DNA from: Eledone cirrhosa
Taxonomy: Eukaryota
Length of the DNA stretch: 64,000 nt
Direction: 5' to 3'
NCBI GenBank assembly: GCA_964016885.1
Contig: OZ024743.1
Coordinates: forward strand, 81,964,001 to 82,028,000
Positions 14,961 to 28,984 of the stretch are shown here, one piece after another. The translations under genes and the position numbers were made by a program. The notes under the pieces were generated by a model. The model was given only the letters and a program-made list of their open reading frames with translations, was not told where the DNA came from and did no database searches. Numbering within the stretch: the first letter of the stretch is position 1; every line of letters starts with the position of its first letter.

Positions 14961-15734
14961 TTGACCACTTAATCATAATTATGACGACCCATCTGTGCAC
15001 GGAATTCAGATATCCTTCTGGTTAGGGCCGCAGTACGTCTACTGGAAGTGATGAAACCTCAAGCTGATGTAACGGAGTTTATTTTAGAGGAGGAAACTCT
15101 GGCGTGAAATCTGAGATTTACAGCATTACTGGTCATCTTCTTTAGGTTTGTCATCAGATAATAACGGCAAGGTTTGTCTCAATAATCCATGGTGTATGGA
15201 TGTCTCTTTTACAATATTCTCGTCTGTTATTCTATCTCTCCAGTCAATGCAGGTGAGATCTCTAAATTCATGGCATCACAGAGACATTGGGCTTATTGCA
15301 ATGAGATATCGTCCTTTCAGTAGTTTCATTACCGCGAGTGCAGTTACTGTTCCCCGGTCACCTGTGCTAACGTTTCCTATGTTACAGTGTTCTCGGTGTC
15401 TCGGGGTGGAGTATTGGTCTTGTCTTTTGTTGCTGGATAGAAACGTCGCCTCCATAGCGGGTGGTGGGGGAGTTGCAGGAATGAATGAGGTAATGTTGAG
15501 ACGACTGTCATCTGACAAGATGGAGCAATAGTCATATATGTGTCAGTCTGTATGTATGTATGTATGTATGTATGTATGTATGTGTGTGTATGTGTATATG
15601 TATGTATATATGTATGTATGTATATATGTATGTATGTATATATGTATCTATGTAAGTATGTATGTATTTATGTAAGTATATATGTATATTATGTATGTAA
15701 GTATCTATGTATATATGTATATATGTATCTTTAT

Positions 15735-16345
15735 GTCAGGTCACCAGTTGGTGCTACTGGTAACATGTACCCCAGTACAACCTGTCTCATGGTCGGGTCG
15801 TTGGCGACTAAACTGGCAACCCCACCAAGGTTTCTTGGTGAGGAGGGTGACTTTGGACATCCTGCAGGACTAAAAACAAAACCTGTCAAAGGGCAAAGGA
15901 GCTCTTAAGAGTCAATGGCCATCCAAAATCACCGGGAGAGATGACTCCTTACCCTTTGTCAAGGCAGAATTCTAGGAGAAGGAAAACTCTGATATAACAC
16001 CTGCATCCCTGATGGTATCCAATGATGTTGACTTGTTCTTCTTTTTGGTAAATATCATCTTGGTTAAGAGAGTGGGACTGGCTTTGTGCAGTGCCTTTGC
16101 TCACTATAAAAGCTGCACGGCACAGGCATTGCTTTATATCTGGAGATCTCTCTGCACTTGTCGTCATATGGTACCATGGGCCCAGCACTATGTGTCAATA
16201 ATTGTCACAAGTGTAGTGTTTGTACCAGAGTTTTCAAGTCGCTGGTTGGACTAAAAAGTCACACTCGTTCAGCGCATCGGTAGGGGTTCTCCTACATGGA
16301 TATAAAGTAGTGGCCGTACTCGAAAACGAGTTGGCAGCCACCCTA
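15735..16345 (+). mobile_element. Probable 5' UTR fragment of an RTE-like LINE
   Basis: Non-simple island between microsatellites containing ggagaaggaaaactctga, a motif recalled from RTE 5' UTRs; lies just upstream of an RTE ORF2 fragment. Confidence 0.35.
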
Positions 16346-16429
16346 TATATGTATCTATGTATGTATGTATGTATGTATGTATATATGTATGTATGTATGT
16401 ATGTATACTTTGCAATGGTTTTCTGTATT

Positions 16430-17808
16430 GCATTGCATTCAGGAATTGCGAGCATGGTGTTTACATCCGATATCGAACCTCAGGCAGCATATTTAACATC
16501 AGGCGCTTTGCTGCAAAGGCAAAAGTATTTACATCAATCATAAGAGACCTCTTGTATGCAGATGATTGCGATCTTGTAGCGCACACAGAGAGTGATATGC
16601 AGCACATTTTGAATGCATTTTCTGACGCTTGCACTGCCCTAGGATTGACTGTCAGTCTCAAGAAAACCGTCGCCCCTGGTAAGCAGTACACTGAACCAAA
16701 TATCTATGTGTATGGTAAACGACTTGGAGTGGTTGATCAGGTTGTCTACCTGGGAAGCACTGTCAATCGATACAGCAACCTTGATAGTGAAACATCACTT
16801 AGGATTAGGAAAGCAAGTGATGCTTTCGGAAAGCTAGAAAGGTGACTCTGGGGTCGGCGAGACATATGCAGGAGGACAAAGGTAAAGGTGTACAAGGCAT
16901 GTGTGCTCTCTTGTCTTCTTTATGCCTGCGAGACCTGGGTCACATATCGACACCACCTTAAGCAATTGGAGCGTTTCCATCAGATGTGTCTCAGACGGAT
17001 CCATGGCGTTCACTGGAGGGACCACATCAGTGATGTTGAGATTTTGGAAAGCTCTATGTGTGACAGTATAGAAGCTCTTGCGCTTAAGCAACGACTCCGT
17101 TGGAGTGGTCACCTTGCCAGGATGAAGGATTCTAGAATACCAAAACAACTCTTTTATGGAGAGTTAGTTAAAGGAAACCGACCGCCACATAAACCAAAAA
17201 AGAGGTATAAGGATTCCTTGAAAGCCTCTTTGAAAGACGCTAACATCTCTGCTGATACATGGGAGAATATTGCTGCTGATCGTAATAAATGGAGAAAGAC
17301 TGTATATGAGGGAAAAGGCGAAGGTCCTCCTATGGTGCTGACATGCAGCGTCTGTTCGAGACTCTGCCTAAGCAAAGCTGGACTCGAAAGTCATCTTCGC
17401 AGTCATAAAGTAAGACCAGTGGTTGACTACCAGGCTGCTGTTGGAGATGCTACTCATCATGCCTGCCAAACATGTGGTAGAGAATGTAAATCAGCAAGAG
17501 GGCTCAAGCGACATGCAAAAGTACATGAACTCCAACCACAGCCGGCTATTCCCAGTGAATGTTTTGGTTGCCGACTCTGTGCAAGACATGCTTTATCATT
17601 GGCTGGGCTAAAAAGCCACATTTGATCGCAGCGCTGTTAGTTGCAATCGTGTGTGTGTAGATATGTTTATGTGTGTGCGTGTGTGTGTATATATATATGT
17701 ATATGTATATTATTATTGTTGTTGTTGTCGTTATTATTATTGTTATTATTATTATTATTGTTGTTATTAATATATGTGTATGTATATGTATATATGTATG
17801 TATGTATC

Positions 17809-17861
<53 letters not shown>

Positions 17862-17890
17862 TCGATAACGAGGGGGCAGCCATCATATAT
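16430..17890 (+). mobile_element. RTE (BovB-like) LINE 3' part: RT C-terminal half plus three C2H2 zinc fingers; premature stop at 16843-16845
   Basis: LLYADD, YLGS, LLYACETW, RLRWSGH...RIPKQLFYGEL; CSVC..HLRSH, CQTC..HAKVH, CRLC..HI*; probable 3' end near 17864-17890. Confidence 0.92.
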
Positions 17891-18364
17891 GTATATATGT
17901 ATGTATGTAAGTATGTATGTATGTATATATGTATGTATATATGTATGTAAGTATGTATGTATGTATGTATATACACACGCCAATTCGTGTTTATGGTTGT
18001 TTCTTTAAACGGAGCAAATATGTATACATGGATATGCATGTCTGTGTGCTGACGCCATTATTTATATAAATATATATATGTATATATATATTCCGTATTA
18101 TTTCTTCTTTCCTCTCGTATCGATTAGTTTGTTGATAGCACAGCAAATGTTAACTTATCGATCCGCTTGTGTTCGCTACATTCTGGACAGTTGCAGCCTT
18201 ATTATATATATGTACGTGTGTGTGTGTGTGAATGTTTATATTTAAATGCGTACATGAAATCACGCTAATTCCGACATAGAAAAACGACAGTGATATGTTT
18301 GTGTGGCGCTGAACATAAGGTATTTAATCATATACATACACATACACATAAACACACCACACAC

Positions 18365-18464
<100 letters not shown>

Positions 18465-18514
18465 GATATATATATATATATATATGTGTATATATATAGA
18501 TATAGATATATATA

Positions 18515-18595
18515 CAGTCAGACCAAGCTGAGGATCCGCATAAGGTGAAACATTTGTTCTCTGTACGGTGAACTAACTGTTGTGATAATACTTAC
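18515..18595 (+). mobile_element. Solo arm of PLE family A with hammerhead motif
   Basis: gCTGAGGAtccgcataaggtGAAAcatttgttctc; matches 26465-26536. Confidence 0.75.
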
Positions 18596-18876
18596 ATATA
18601 TATATAAGAGAGAGAGTTAAGTGTGTAATGTTAGTTAGAGGTGGTGCACCAGTTTGAGCCCTCGATGCTATTACTAGTTTCTAGTTACCGTGGTGGGTTT
18701 TTACACTTGTATTACCAACCGTTACTAGCAGCTCTAACATGCGGAGTGATAATAATAAACAGACTGGAACAAAGTATCATTTTGTTATTGATCATCTCAA
18801 CCTACGACCAACTGGGCCCGATAGCTCCTCATATATATATATTATATATATATATATATAATATATATATATATAT

Positions 18877-18992
18877 GGCTTGAGCTCTGCCGTCGAGGTC
18901 CTGAACATTTTCCTATTACCCACTCTACTACCCTACCTATCGAGTACTCTGGTGCGTTATGGTCCACCTGGTTCCTTACCACACTTCCTTCG

Positions 18993-18995
<3 letters not shown>
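18877..18995 (+). mobile_element. 3' tail fragment of PLE family B
   Basis: Matches 55979-56096; TA flanks. Confidence 0.75.
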
Positions 18996-19028
<33 letters not shown>

Positions 19029-19544
19029 GTTTGTGTGTGTGTGTATATATATATATGGGGCGAGTACAAAAAGTAAATGTAAACAACACAGTGCAAAGAA
19101 GAAATATATTAGTTTAACGTTTGACATAGTAGGAAATGTCGGACTCTAGTCTTTCATCAGAAGAATGAGAAATATAACATAGAGAGATAGAGTGGCAAGT
19201 AGAAGGAACGGAAAAAGAGTTTTTTTTAGAAAAAAGCCGTGTGTATAGAGTGTGTCTCATTACAACCACTTAGTTCTAACGTGGATGTACTTCCTCCTAC
19301 CTCCCACACACAGTCTTGGCAAAACACATCCGCCATTTTACTTATGAGTAATGAAACAACACTCAAGAATCTATCAAACTTCAGGTAATAAAATATCTAT
19401 GTAACTGTCTACCTATATATCAGGCTATCTGTCAGTCTGCTTTCCTGTCTGTCTATCTAACTGTTTATCTTTAGCTATTCACCAATGTATCTATGTTCGG
19501 ACAAGGACAACAAAACCTGAATCCCAGTAGCAGTCCGAAGATAC

Positions 19545-19805
19545 TTACTTGGCACTCCGTCGGTTACGACGATGAGTGTCCAGTCGATACGATCAACAGA
19601 ACTGCCTGCTCATGAAATTAATGAGCAAGAAGTTGAGCATTTAACAGACACGCGTACAATTAACGTAGTTCTCAGGGAGATTCAGCGTGACACAGAACGT
19701 GCTAAGGCTGTCCCTTTGGATTACAGGTAAAATTCCTATTTACTAGCTAAGTGGACTTCTGAAGGCCATAACGCTCCTCAGAGAAACGAACTCGCGACCT
19801 TAGGG
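19545..19805 (-). mobile_element. Degenerate SINE (third family)
   Basis: ggcactccgtcggttacgacg...gattcagcgtgacacag resembles an abundant octopus SINE as recalled; B-box-like gagttcgtttc on the minus strand near 19790. Confidence 0.55.
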
Positions 19806-20332
19806 TCTTCGTCCTTTCGAGATAAATAAAAAATAATAAATCCTCCAATACAAATATTGGTTTTTTCTTTCTCTCCCTTTTTCATTCTCTGATTTACTTT
19901 TTAATTATAATCCCGCGCTCTACTCAGGAAAGCAAGACATTAACATTATGCATTCCGGAGATTATTGGCTCTTCATCAGATGATAACTACACTTATGACA
20001 CTGTCTACGGAGAAATCCTTTATCATTTTCTTTTCAGTTTCTTCTTCTCCATAACCTAACAGAAGAAACCATTAATTACTGAGGTAAAGTCTTGAGAAGA
20101 TTACTCTAGCCTCCTTGGACAGGGGCCAAATTGGCTGAAAGCTTCAGAGAAACAGATTTCAGTAAAGCAGCAATATTATTAAAGTGTTTAGGGTTGCCTT
20201 GTTCAGGAAATTTGTTTTCCAATCTCACCTCTCCCACTTTCTCTTCCGTATGGTTGTTGTTACAACTACTTGTACATATGCTACATAACCCATTGTTTTA
20301 CTGCTGGCATATGGAATATTTACTTTCTTCAC

Positions 20333-20383
<51 letters not shown>

Positions 20384-20510
20384 ACACACACACACACAGA
20401 CACACAGACAGACACACACACACACACACACACACAGAGACACACACACACACACACACAGAGACACACACACACACACACACAGACACACACACACACA
20501 CACAGACACA

Positions 20511-20628
<118 letters not shown>

Positions 20629-20660
20629 TATATATGTATAAGTATATATATATATATATA

Positions 20661-20937
20661 AATTGTTATACTTGGGGATGGTCATATTGTTGTAATATTG
20701 CCAGAAATAATAACAGAACACACTCACTGTCTGGTTGGTTTTCGCTTCTGTATCTTTTATATCTCCACAGTCAATTTATTTGGCAATCAACGTTTATCAT
20801 TGATTGACCAACGGGTAAAAATACAGATATAAATATATATATATAGTCTATCAAAGTTCTTTCGTTGCACACCTGCAACATCATCAGTGGTTCTATTATG
20901 TTTCCTCATGTTGTATTGTATGTCTACGCTATAATTT

Positions 20938-20940
<3 letters not shown>
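20661..20940 (-). mobile_element. pLTR fragment of a relative of the 30.7-kb PLE; hammerhead at 20851-20890
   Basis: Starts ttgttatacttggggatggtcat, like 30733; minus strand reads CTGATGA-tgttgca ggtg tgcaac-GAAA-GAAC-TT. Confidence 0.75.
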
Positions 20941-20984
<44 letters not shown>

Positions 20985-21109
20985 AAGGCCAAAATCCAAA
21001 GAGAACTCGATAAGGGTTATATATATATATAAGTATATATAAACTCGTAGAGCAAATATTTATAATTAGCAGAGATTAAAAGTTTAAGCTAAGCGAGATC
21101 ATCTGAAAC

Positions 21110-21655
21110 TTGCTTCCTCTTTCTCTGTATCTTTACCATCTCTAACAGTCACTCTCTCTGTTAGCCTCTTCCTCACCCTTCACTCACTCACTCTCTGTTA
21201 CTACCTTTCCTCCTCCTCCTTCTTCCCGTTTGACCTGTGCGTAATTCTTTTCTTTCGCACCCTTGGTCAGGCAGGTCGCTTTTTACTCTTTCTCGTCTAC
21301 GATTTCACAGAACTTACGTTCACCGAATTCACAGACTAGATCCCTTCTTCCTCCCGTTAGACCTGTACGGAATTCCTTCCTTGCTCACATTCCATCCAAC
21401 CAGGTTTGATGGTCTTTATTCTCTCTCGTTCACGATTTCACCGAACTTATATTCATGAAAATTTGGGATCTGACTCCTTCTTCCTCACTTTTCGTTGCTT
21501 CACCATCTTTGTTTGTTTACACTCTCGTGTCCCCTTTATTTACGTGTCCCAACGACTTTTTTTAGCCGTTGCTCGCACCAACCGGAGGTATATGGTCTTT
21601 AAAGCGATGAAATACCAATGATGGTTGGAAGATCACTGATGAAGGACTAACTTTA

Positions 21656-21660
<5 letters not shown>
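21110..21660 (+). mobile_element. Pyrimidine-rich interspersed repeat, family D (probable PLE pLTR)
   Basis: Homologous to 23950-24570 and more distantly to 53345-53830; ends cactgatgaaggact before (TA)n. Confidence 0.6.
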
Positions 21661-21729
<69 letters not shown>

Positions 21730-21745
21730 TATATATATATATATG

Positions 21746-21870
21746 TAAACGGTAAACAGAAATAGCAACACAATCGGTACAGTATATGGAAGGGATATAT
21801 TAGGTTAACGCTTGATATAGCAGGAAGAGGGTTTTAACGTTTCAGACGCTAGTACTTCATCAGAAGAAAA
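21746..21870 (-). mobile_element. PLE pLTR fragment with hammerhead-like motif
   Basis: Homologous to 41720-41850; minus strand reads CTGATGA-agtactagcgtct-GAAACGTTA. Confidence 0.65.
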
Positions 21871-22127
21871 AATGGGGAGAGAAAGAGAGAGAGAGAGAGA
21901 TAGAAATGGCTTCTACGGGACTAGAATTGTTTCGTTCAAAAGAATCACAACTATATTGTTGTTAATACATGGTGAACAGACTGAATATTATATATGGAAG
22001 AGCCAATCGTCTGGACAGGTCGGGGAGTTTGACATCCTCGGGTATCCACTTAATTCACATAATATTTTATGGGTCATATCTCCACATTCTGCACTGACAA
22101 TAGGTTTTCTTCTAGTTAATAGTAGTT

Positions 22128-22771
22128 AGAGTAGCAATAGTATTGTACAGGTCACTAATAGTAGAGTAGCAATAGTATTGTACAGGTCACTAATAGTAGA
22201 GTAGCAATAGTATTGTACAGGTCACTAATAGTAGAGTAGCAATAGTATTATACAGGTCATTAATAGTAGAGTAGCAATAGTATTGTACAGGTCACTAATA
22301 GTAGAGTAGCAATAGTATTGTATAGGTCACTAATAACAGAGTAGCAATAGTATTGTACCGGTCACTAATAGTAGTGTAGCAATAGTATTGTACAGGTCAC
22401 TAATAGTAGAGTAGCAATAGTATTGTACAGGTCACTAATAGTAGAGTAGCAATAGTATTGTATAGGTCACTAATAGTAGAGTAGCAATAGTATTGTACAG
22501 GTCACTAATAGTAGAGTAGCAATAGTATTGTATAGGTCACTAATAGTAGAGTAGCAATAGTATTGTACAGGTCACTAATAGTAGAGGAGCAATAATATTG
22601 TACAGGTCACTAATAGTAGAGTAGCAATAGTATTGTACAGGTCACTAATAGTAGAGTAGCAATAGTATTGTACAGGTCACTAATAGTAGAGTAGCAATAA
22701 TATTGTACAGGTCACTAATAGTAGAGTAGCAATAATATTGTACAGGTCACTAATAGTAGAGTAGCAATAGT
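22128..22771. repeat. 35-bp minisatellite (agagtagcaatagtattgtacaggtcactaatagt), about 18 copies
   Basis: Direct tandem repetition. Confidence 0.97.
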
Positions 22772-22894
22772 GATACTATACTGATAACTGACGTCTCTTA
22801 TCATTTCATTTGTGGCATCATTGCTTCTGATAGCAGTTCTGGAGAATTCACCCGTAATAGTAAGGTTGTAATAATAACCACATACTAGTACAAG

Positions 22895-22985
<91 letters not shown>

Positions 22986-23025
22986 ACAAACACACACACA
23001 CGGACACACATACACACACACACAA

Positions 23026-23156
<131 letters not shown>

Positions 23157-23373
23157 CCTACACAGAGATGCGGGTATATACAAATAGTCGATACATCAGT
23201 ACAAATGTACATAAATATATATATCCGCATGAATAGAGTGACTCCTGTTGAGTTCTAGTTTGAATAAATCTAGACGTGGGAGGCTTCATAAATCACATTA
23301 GGTAAATGGAACAGAGGTGAAGTGTAAGATGTATGTGAACATATGTCTGTATTAGCAGCTTTGGTCATTCATT

Positions 23374-23452
<79 letters not shown>

Positions 23453-23466
23453 CATATATATATATG

Positions 23467-23600
<134 letters not shown>

Positions 23601-23708
23601 CATACATATATATATATATGTGTATATATATATATACATATATATATATGTATGTATATATATATATATATGTGTGTGTATGCATATATATATATCTAAT
23701 ATATATAT

Positions 23709-23850
23709 TACGAAGGAATTGTGGTAAGGAACCAGATGGACCATAACGCACCAAAGTACTCAATACTTAGTGTAGTAGAGTGGGTAATAGGAACAAGTAT
23801 GACCCCGACGGCAGAGCTCAACCCGTTTCGACGGCTATTTCTGATATCTG
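23709..23850 (-). mobile_element. PLE family B 3' fragment
   Basis: Matches 52423-52556. Confidence 0.75.
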
Positions 23851-23857
23851 AGTTCAG

Positions 23858-24606
23858 ACTTTTTCACATGCCCCACCATTTGCAACGGGCAGCCTATTAT
23901 TTTCATATTTACACATAATTTTTCTTCTGCTGCCACTCGTCTGTTCGTTTTTACCCTTTCTAGCAGTCTTTCTCTCTGTTAGCCTCCTCCTCAACTTTCA
24001 CTCACTCATTCTCTGTCACTACCTCTCCTCCTCCTCTTTCCTCCTCCTCCTTCAAGTTTGACCTGTGTGTAATTCTTTTCTCGCGCGGTCTTGACCAAGC
24101 TGGTATGGAAATTTTTTTCTCTCTCTCTTTCGTCTGCGACTTCACAAAACTTATGTTTACCGAATTCGTAGACCAGACCCCTTCTTCTTCTTCTTCTTCT
24201 TCTTCTTCTTCTTCTTCTTCTTCTTCTTCTTCTTCTTCTTCTTCTTCTTCTTCTTCTTCTTCTCTCTTTTTTCCCCCCCGTCAAACTTGGGCGAAATTCT
24301 TTCCTTGCTCACATTTCAACCAGGTTTGATGGTCTTTTGTCTCTTGTTCACGATTTCACCGAGTTTATATTCATAGAGATCTGGGACTTGCCTATTTCTT
24401 CTCACTTTCCGTTGCTTAAACTTTTTTGTTTGTTACCCTGGCGTCCCCTTTGTTTACGTGTCCCAACGACTTTTTTTAGCCGTTGTTCGCACCAACCTGA
24501 GGCATATGGCCCTTAAAGCGATGAAATGCCTGGGACGGTTGGAGGGTCACTGATGAAGGACCTACTTTTTCACATGCCCCACCATTTGCAACGGGCAGCC
24601 TATTAT

Positions 24607-24613
<7 letters not shown>
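23858..24613 (+). mobile_element. Family D element with ~50-bp terminal direct repeats
   Basis: actttttcacatgccccacc...tattattttcata at 23858-23907 and 24564-24613; CTGATGA at 24550; internal (CTT)n. Confidence 0.65.
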
Positions 24614-24638
<25 letters not shown>

Positions 24639-24642
<4 letters not shown>

Positions 24643-24780
24643 AAAAAAGATGAAATCGAAAATGCAACTGGAGTCTTTTTTAAAATATTTATTTGGTTCT
24701 TTTACCGGTCTTGCAGTTCTTATGCTTTTCAAAAGTAGAATTGAGATGGAGAGTTTGTGGTTTTTCTCGCATCTTCTATA
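24639..24780 (-). mobile_element. Solo arm of PLE family F
   Basis: Matches 54707-54855. Confidence 0.7.
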
Positions 24781-25622
24781 TAAATATAGAAAACACAAAA
24801 CGTACATTCGAGTGAGTTACACAGTCAACGTATCGGGCACTTGCCCTTCATCAGGAAAATATATAAATATTGAAAAGAGTTACTGCCCGACGGCTGAGCT
24901 CTTGCTTTTTCGTCGGCGGAAAGCAAGAGTTCTGTCGTCCCGTAGTAATTCTTTGTAATACATACACCAGTCATGACCAAACTACCGTACCTTTTCTGAA
25001 TTTCAAGCCTAATTTTAAAATTGATATTTTTATTATTGTGGCCCGACTTTTGATGACATCCTATGCGGCCCTCTACTCGGAAAATGTTGCCATGCCTGAT
25101 CAACACTCTACTTTCCTAAGTATCAAATATTTTGCTGAACAATGGTCTCACTACCCTAAACAATGAACTCTCTCTCTCTCTCTCTCTCTCTTTATCCGCG
25201 TATAGTTCGTACTATCCGTTAGGGCATAATTTTTGAGCTGTAATACAGGAAAGGTTTATGCAATTTGTGTTTACAAGCCGAAATTGCCTCAGATTTTTTG
25301 TTTAAGATGTGATCATTGGCGTAGAGTATTCCGTGTGCGTGCGTTATATACGTATTTATGTGTGTATATATATATGTACGTTTATATAATTATATGTACA
25401 CACACACACACATATATATATATATACCTTTTTTATATGTGTTTGGTGTATACGATCGTATGTGTGCGGGTACATGGGTCGCGCGGCTTTATGTGTACGT
25501 GCATGTAAATGCATGCATGGCGGGTGTTTTCGCGTATGCACGTGTATGTACGTCTATAGATGCGTGTATGTATATATTTAATTATTATTACTTTTATGAT
25601 TTTAATAACCTCAGTTATTTCT

Positions 25623-26531
25623 GTGGTAGAACACTGCAATATAATATCCGTAGTGGTAGAGCACTCAGTCCATGGGACGAGTTAGGTGGAAGTGGTTACA
25701 CAACAGTTAGTTCACCATACCGAGAACAATTGTTTCACCTTAGCGGATCCTCAGCTCGTAATGAACATGGATATACGGAACAGGAAGGACAACCGTACCA
25801 ACAAGCATGCGCAGAAATGATCACTTCCCACAAGCAATACTAAATTGCGTGCGTGAGGTGTAAGGGAGATAACTGCGAAAGTCCGAAAGTTTCTAGTTGA
25901 TAAGAAAATTAGGATGTTGTTGTAATTCAATCCGGAGCTTTGTAATTATGTAAGAGGTGTTTCCAGACGTCTGGACAACGTGTGAAGAATTCATATCTTG
26001 GTTTAGGCAATCACTATTGCGTAATCTCTTTAGAATATTTATTCGTTCATCAATACATAGTCCACACGACGGATTGCCCCTTGCGTATGGCTTGGACTTA
26101 GTGATGGCTTTCCATTGAATGGAGTAGTCTATACTTGAGACCCTGAGGGACCATACGTGGCTCGCGAGTTTCGTGGATGAACGTCTGTCCAGGTACCTAA
26201 AGGTCGACTGGTGGTTCAGGAAGCGTTCCTTACATCGGCCCTCCGCCATATCCACACGTCTGGAAACACCTCTTACATAACTACAAAGCTCCGGATTAAA
26301 TTACAACATCCTAATTTTCTTATCAACTAGAAACTTTCGGACTTTCGCAGTTATCTCCCTTACACCTCTCGTACGCAATTTAGTATTGCCTGTGGGAAGT
26401 GATCATTTCTGCGCATGCGTGTTCGTACGGTTGTCCTTCCTGTTCCGTTTAACCATGTCCATTACGAGCTGAGGATCCGGTAAGGTGAAACAATTGTTCT
26501 CGGTATGGTGAACTGACTGTTGTGTAACCAC

Positions 26532-26536
<5 letters not shown>
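25623..26536 (-). mobile_element. 5'-truncated PLE (family A) with GIY-YIG C-terminal half and inverted pLTR
   Basis: Arms 25689-25975 and 26251-26536; loop encodes KERFLNHQSTF...TKLASHVWSL...IQWK...CGLCIDERINI...LN; tail 25623-25688. Confidence 0.9.
26465..26502 (+). ncRNA. Minimal type I hammerhead motif (family A; mirror copy at 25721-25758 on the minus strand)
   Basis: cgag-CTGAGGA-tccggtaaggt-GAAA-CAATTG-TT-ctcg. Confidence 0.8.
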
Positions 26537-26915
<379 letters not shown>

Positions 26916-26928
26916 CTGTCTGTCTGTC

Positions 26929-27003
<75 letters not shown>

Positions 27004-28119
27004 TGATGGTTAGATCTTCCAGGTGAATCTCTCCGAGTCTATTAGGTTAAGATGTTCTTTGGTACAATCACATCTAAGAAATTCCACTCTCAAAATATTA
27101 GCCAATCCGAGACAGCTAAAGTATAAAGTATTTTCGGAAGACAGATGCCATATAGTTGGATCATACTCCAGCCTAGTGCTACTGTGGAGGCAAAGTGGTC
27201 TGATTTACCACATAGCCACGTTTGTCTGTCTCCTGTGCAAACGTCGAGATCCAGCAGGGATTCTTGCTCCATGGAACATCGTAGAAAGATATGATTGCTC
27301 TAGAGTACATCTTAAATTGTCATTGTACTGGAAGCCTTCGTAGCAATATAAGACTGCATCAGAGACCATCTTAACTTGTGACTGCACCAGGTAACATCTT
27401 AACATACGACTGCACCATGGGGTGGGGTGGGGTGGGGTGCGATGCGGAGGGGTGTGGTTGGTGTGTGGGTGGTTGGGGTAGGGTACGGTGGGTGGGTGTG
27501 GTGTAATGAAATATATTGTGGTGTGGTGGATGTAATATGGTTTGATGTGGTGTTGTGTAATGAAGTGTGGTGGTGTGGTGGGGTGAAGTATGGTGGGGTG
27601 AAGTGTGGTGGGGGGAGGTGTGGTGTGATGGGGTTAAATGTGGTGGGGCGTGGTGGGGTATGATGTGGTGTGATGGGGGTGAAGTGTGGTGGAGTGTGAT
27701 GTGGTGTGATGGGGTGAAGTGTGGTGGGGTGCATGAGGATGGAAGGCAGTCATAACGAAGAGTGAAAGAATGTGATGGAGATGAGGAAAGAGAGAGGGTG
27801 GAATAGAGAGTGAAGTAGCAGGAGAATGTGTGAAGGAGAGAGAATGAGGTGAGGGGGTAGCAGGAGCGTGTGTGGATGAGAGAGGGAGAGAGAGAGGGAG
27901 AGTAGCAGGGGTGTGTGTGGATAAGAGAGAGGGGGAGAGGGGTAGGGGGAGAAGGGGGTGCCTGACGTTGATAGCGGCATTTACGTTTCTCAAGATGTTA
28001 TTTGTATGATGTGGGTGTGTGGGTAGGGGACAGGTGTGAAGGGGAGAGAGAGAGTAGGCAGAGAAGGGAGGTAGAGAGAGGGGGAAATGGAGTAAAGGGG
28101 AAGGAAAGGGAGTAAGAGG

Positions 28120-28500
28120 GAGGGAAAGGGAGGAAGGGAGGGGGCAAAGGGAGTAAGAAGGAGGGAAAGGGAGTAAGGGGACGGGAAATGGAGTGGGGGG
28201 GGTAAGGGGAAGGGAAGTGGAGTAAGGGGGAGAGAAAGGGAGTAAGAGGGAGGAAAAGGGAGTAAGAGGGAGGGAAAGGGAGTAAGGGGACGGGAAATGG
28301 AATAAGGGGGAGGGAAAGGGAGTAAGGGGAAGGGAAATGGAGTAAGGGGGAGAGAAAGGGAGTAAGAGGGAGGAAAGGGGAGTAAGAGGGAGGGAAAGGG
28401 AGTAAGAGGGAGGAAAGGGGAGTAAGAGGGAGGGAAAGGGAGTATGAGGGAAGGAAAGAGAGTAAGAGGGAGGGGAAAGGCGTACGGAGGAGGGGAAGAG
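28120..28500. repeat. 20-bp purine-rich minisatellite (gggagtaagagggagggaaa)
   Basis: Tandem repetition. Confidence 0.9.
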
Positions 28501-28984
28501 AATAAGAGGGAGGGGAAAAGTAGGAGGCTAGACATTGTTGAGGGTGGCATTTACATCGTTGAAGATGTTATTTGTATTACGTAAACTACAGTAGTGTTTG
28601 TGAGAGGGGGGTACATAGAGAGAGAGAGAGAGGAGGGAGAGAGAGGTTATATGTGAGCATGTTTATTATAAAATGTTAAGAGATGAATGAGAGGGGGAAA
28701 GGGAGTGTGAGAGAGAGGGGGAAAGAGAGAGAGAGAAACATCCCGCTTTTAGAAGGGCGCATTAATTCATTCATAAACAATTCTGACCAGAGGGGGTCGA
28801 GGAGGGTGGAGGGGAGGGGGAGTAGGGGGAGAGAGTGTGGAGGGAGGGAGATAGTGGGGGTGAGTGGGGAAGGAGGAGAGAGTGAACGAAAGCTTCCTCT
28901 ATAGAGGGGAGGAGACAGAGATTTATTGATAAACCGTTAAACAGTAATGAGACTTATTAAAAAGGTGTGTAGGGTGTAAGACGG

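Noticed and set aside
14965-15530. Possible LINE ORF1 (gag-like) remnant on the minus strand
   Set aside because: Too degenerate to support without a homology search.
27005-27420. Possible host exon or old CR1 fragment
   Set aside because: Only faint LINE-like similarity on the minus strand, with no convincing ORF or splice structure.
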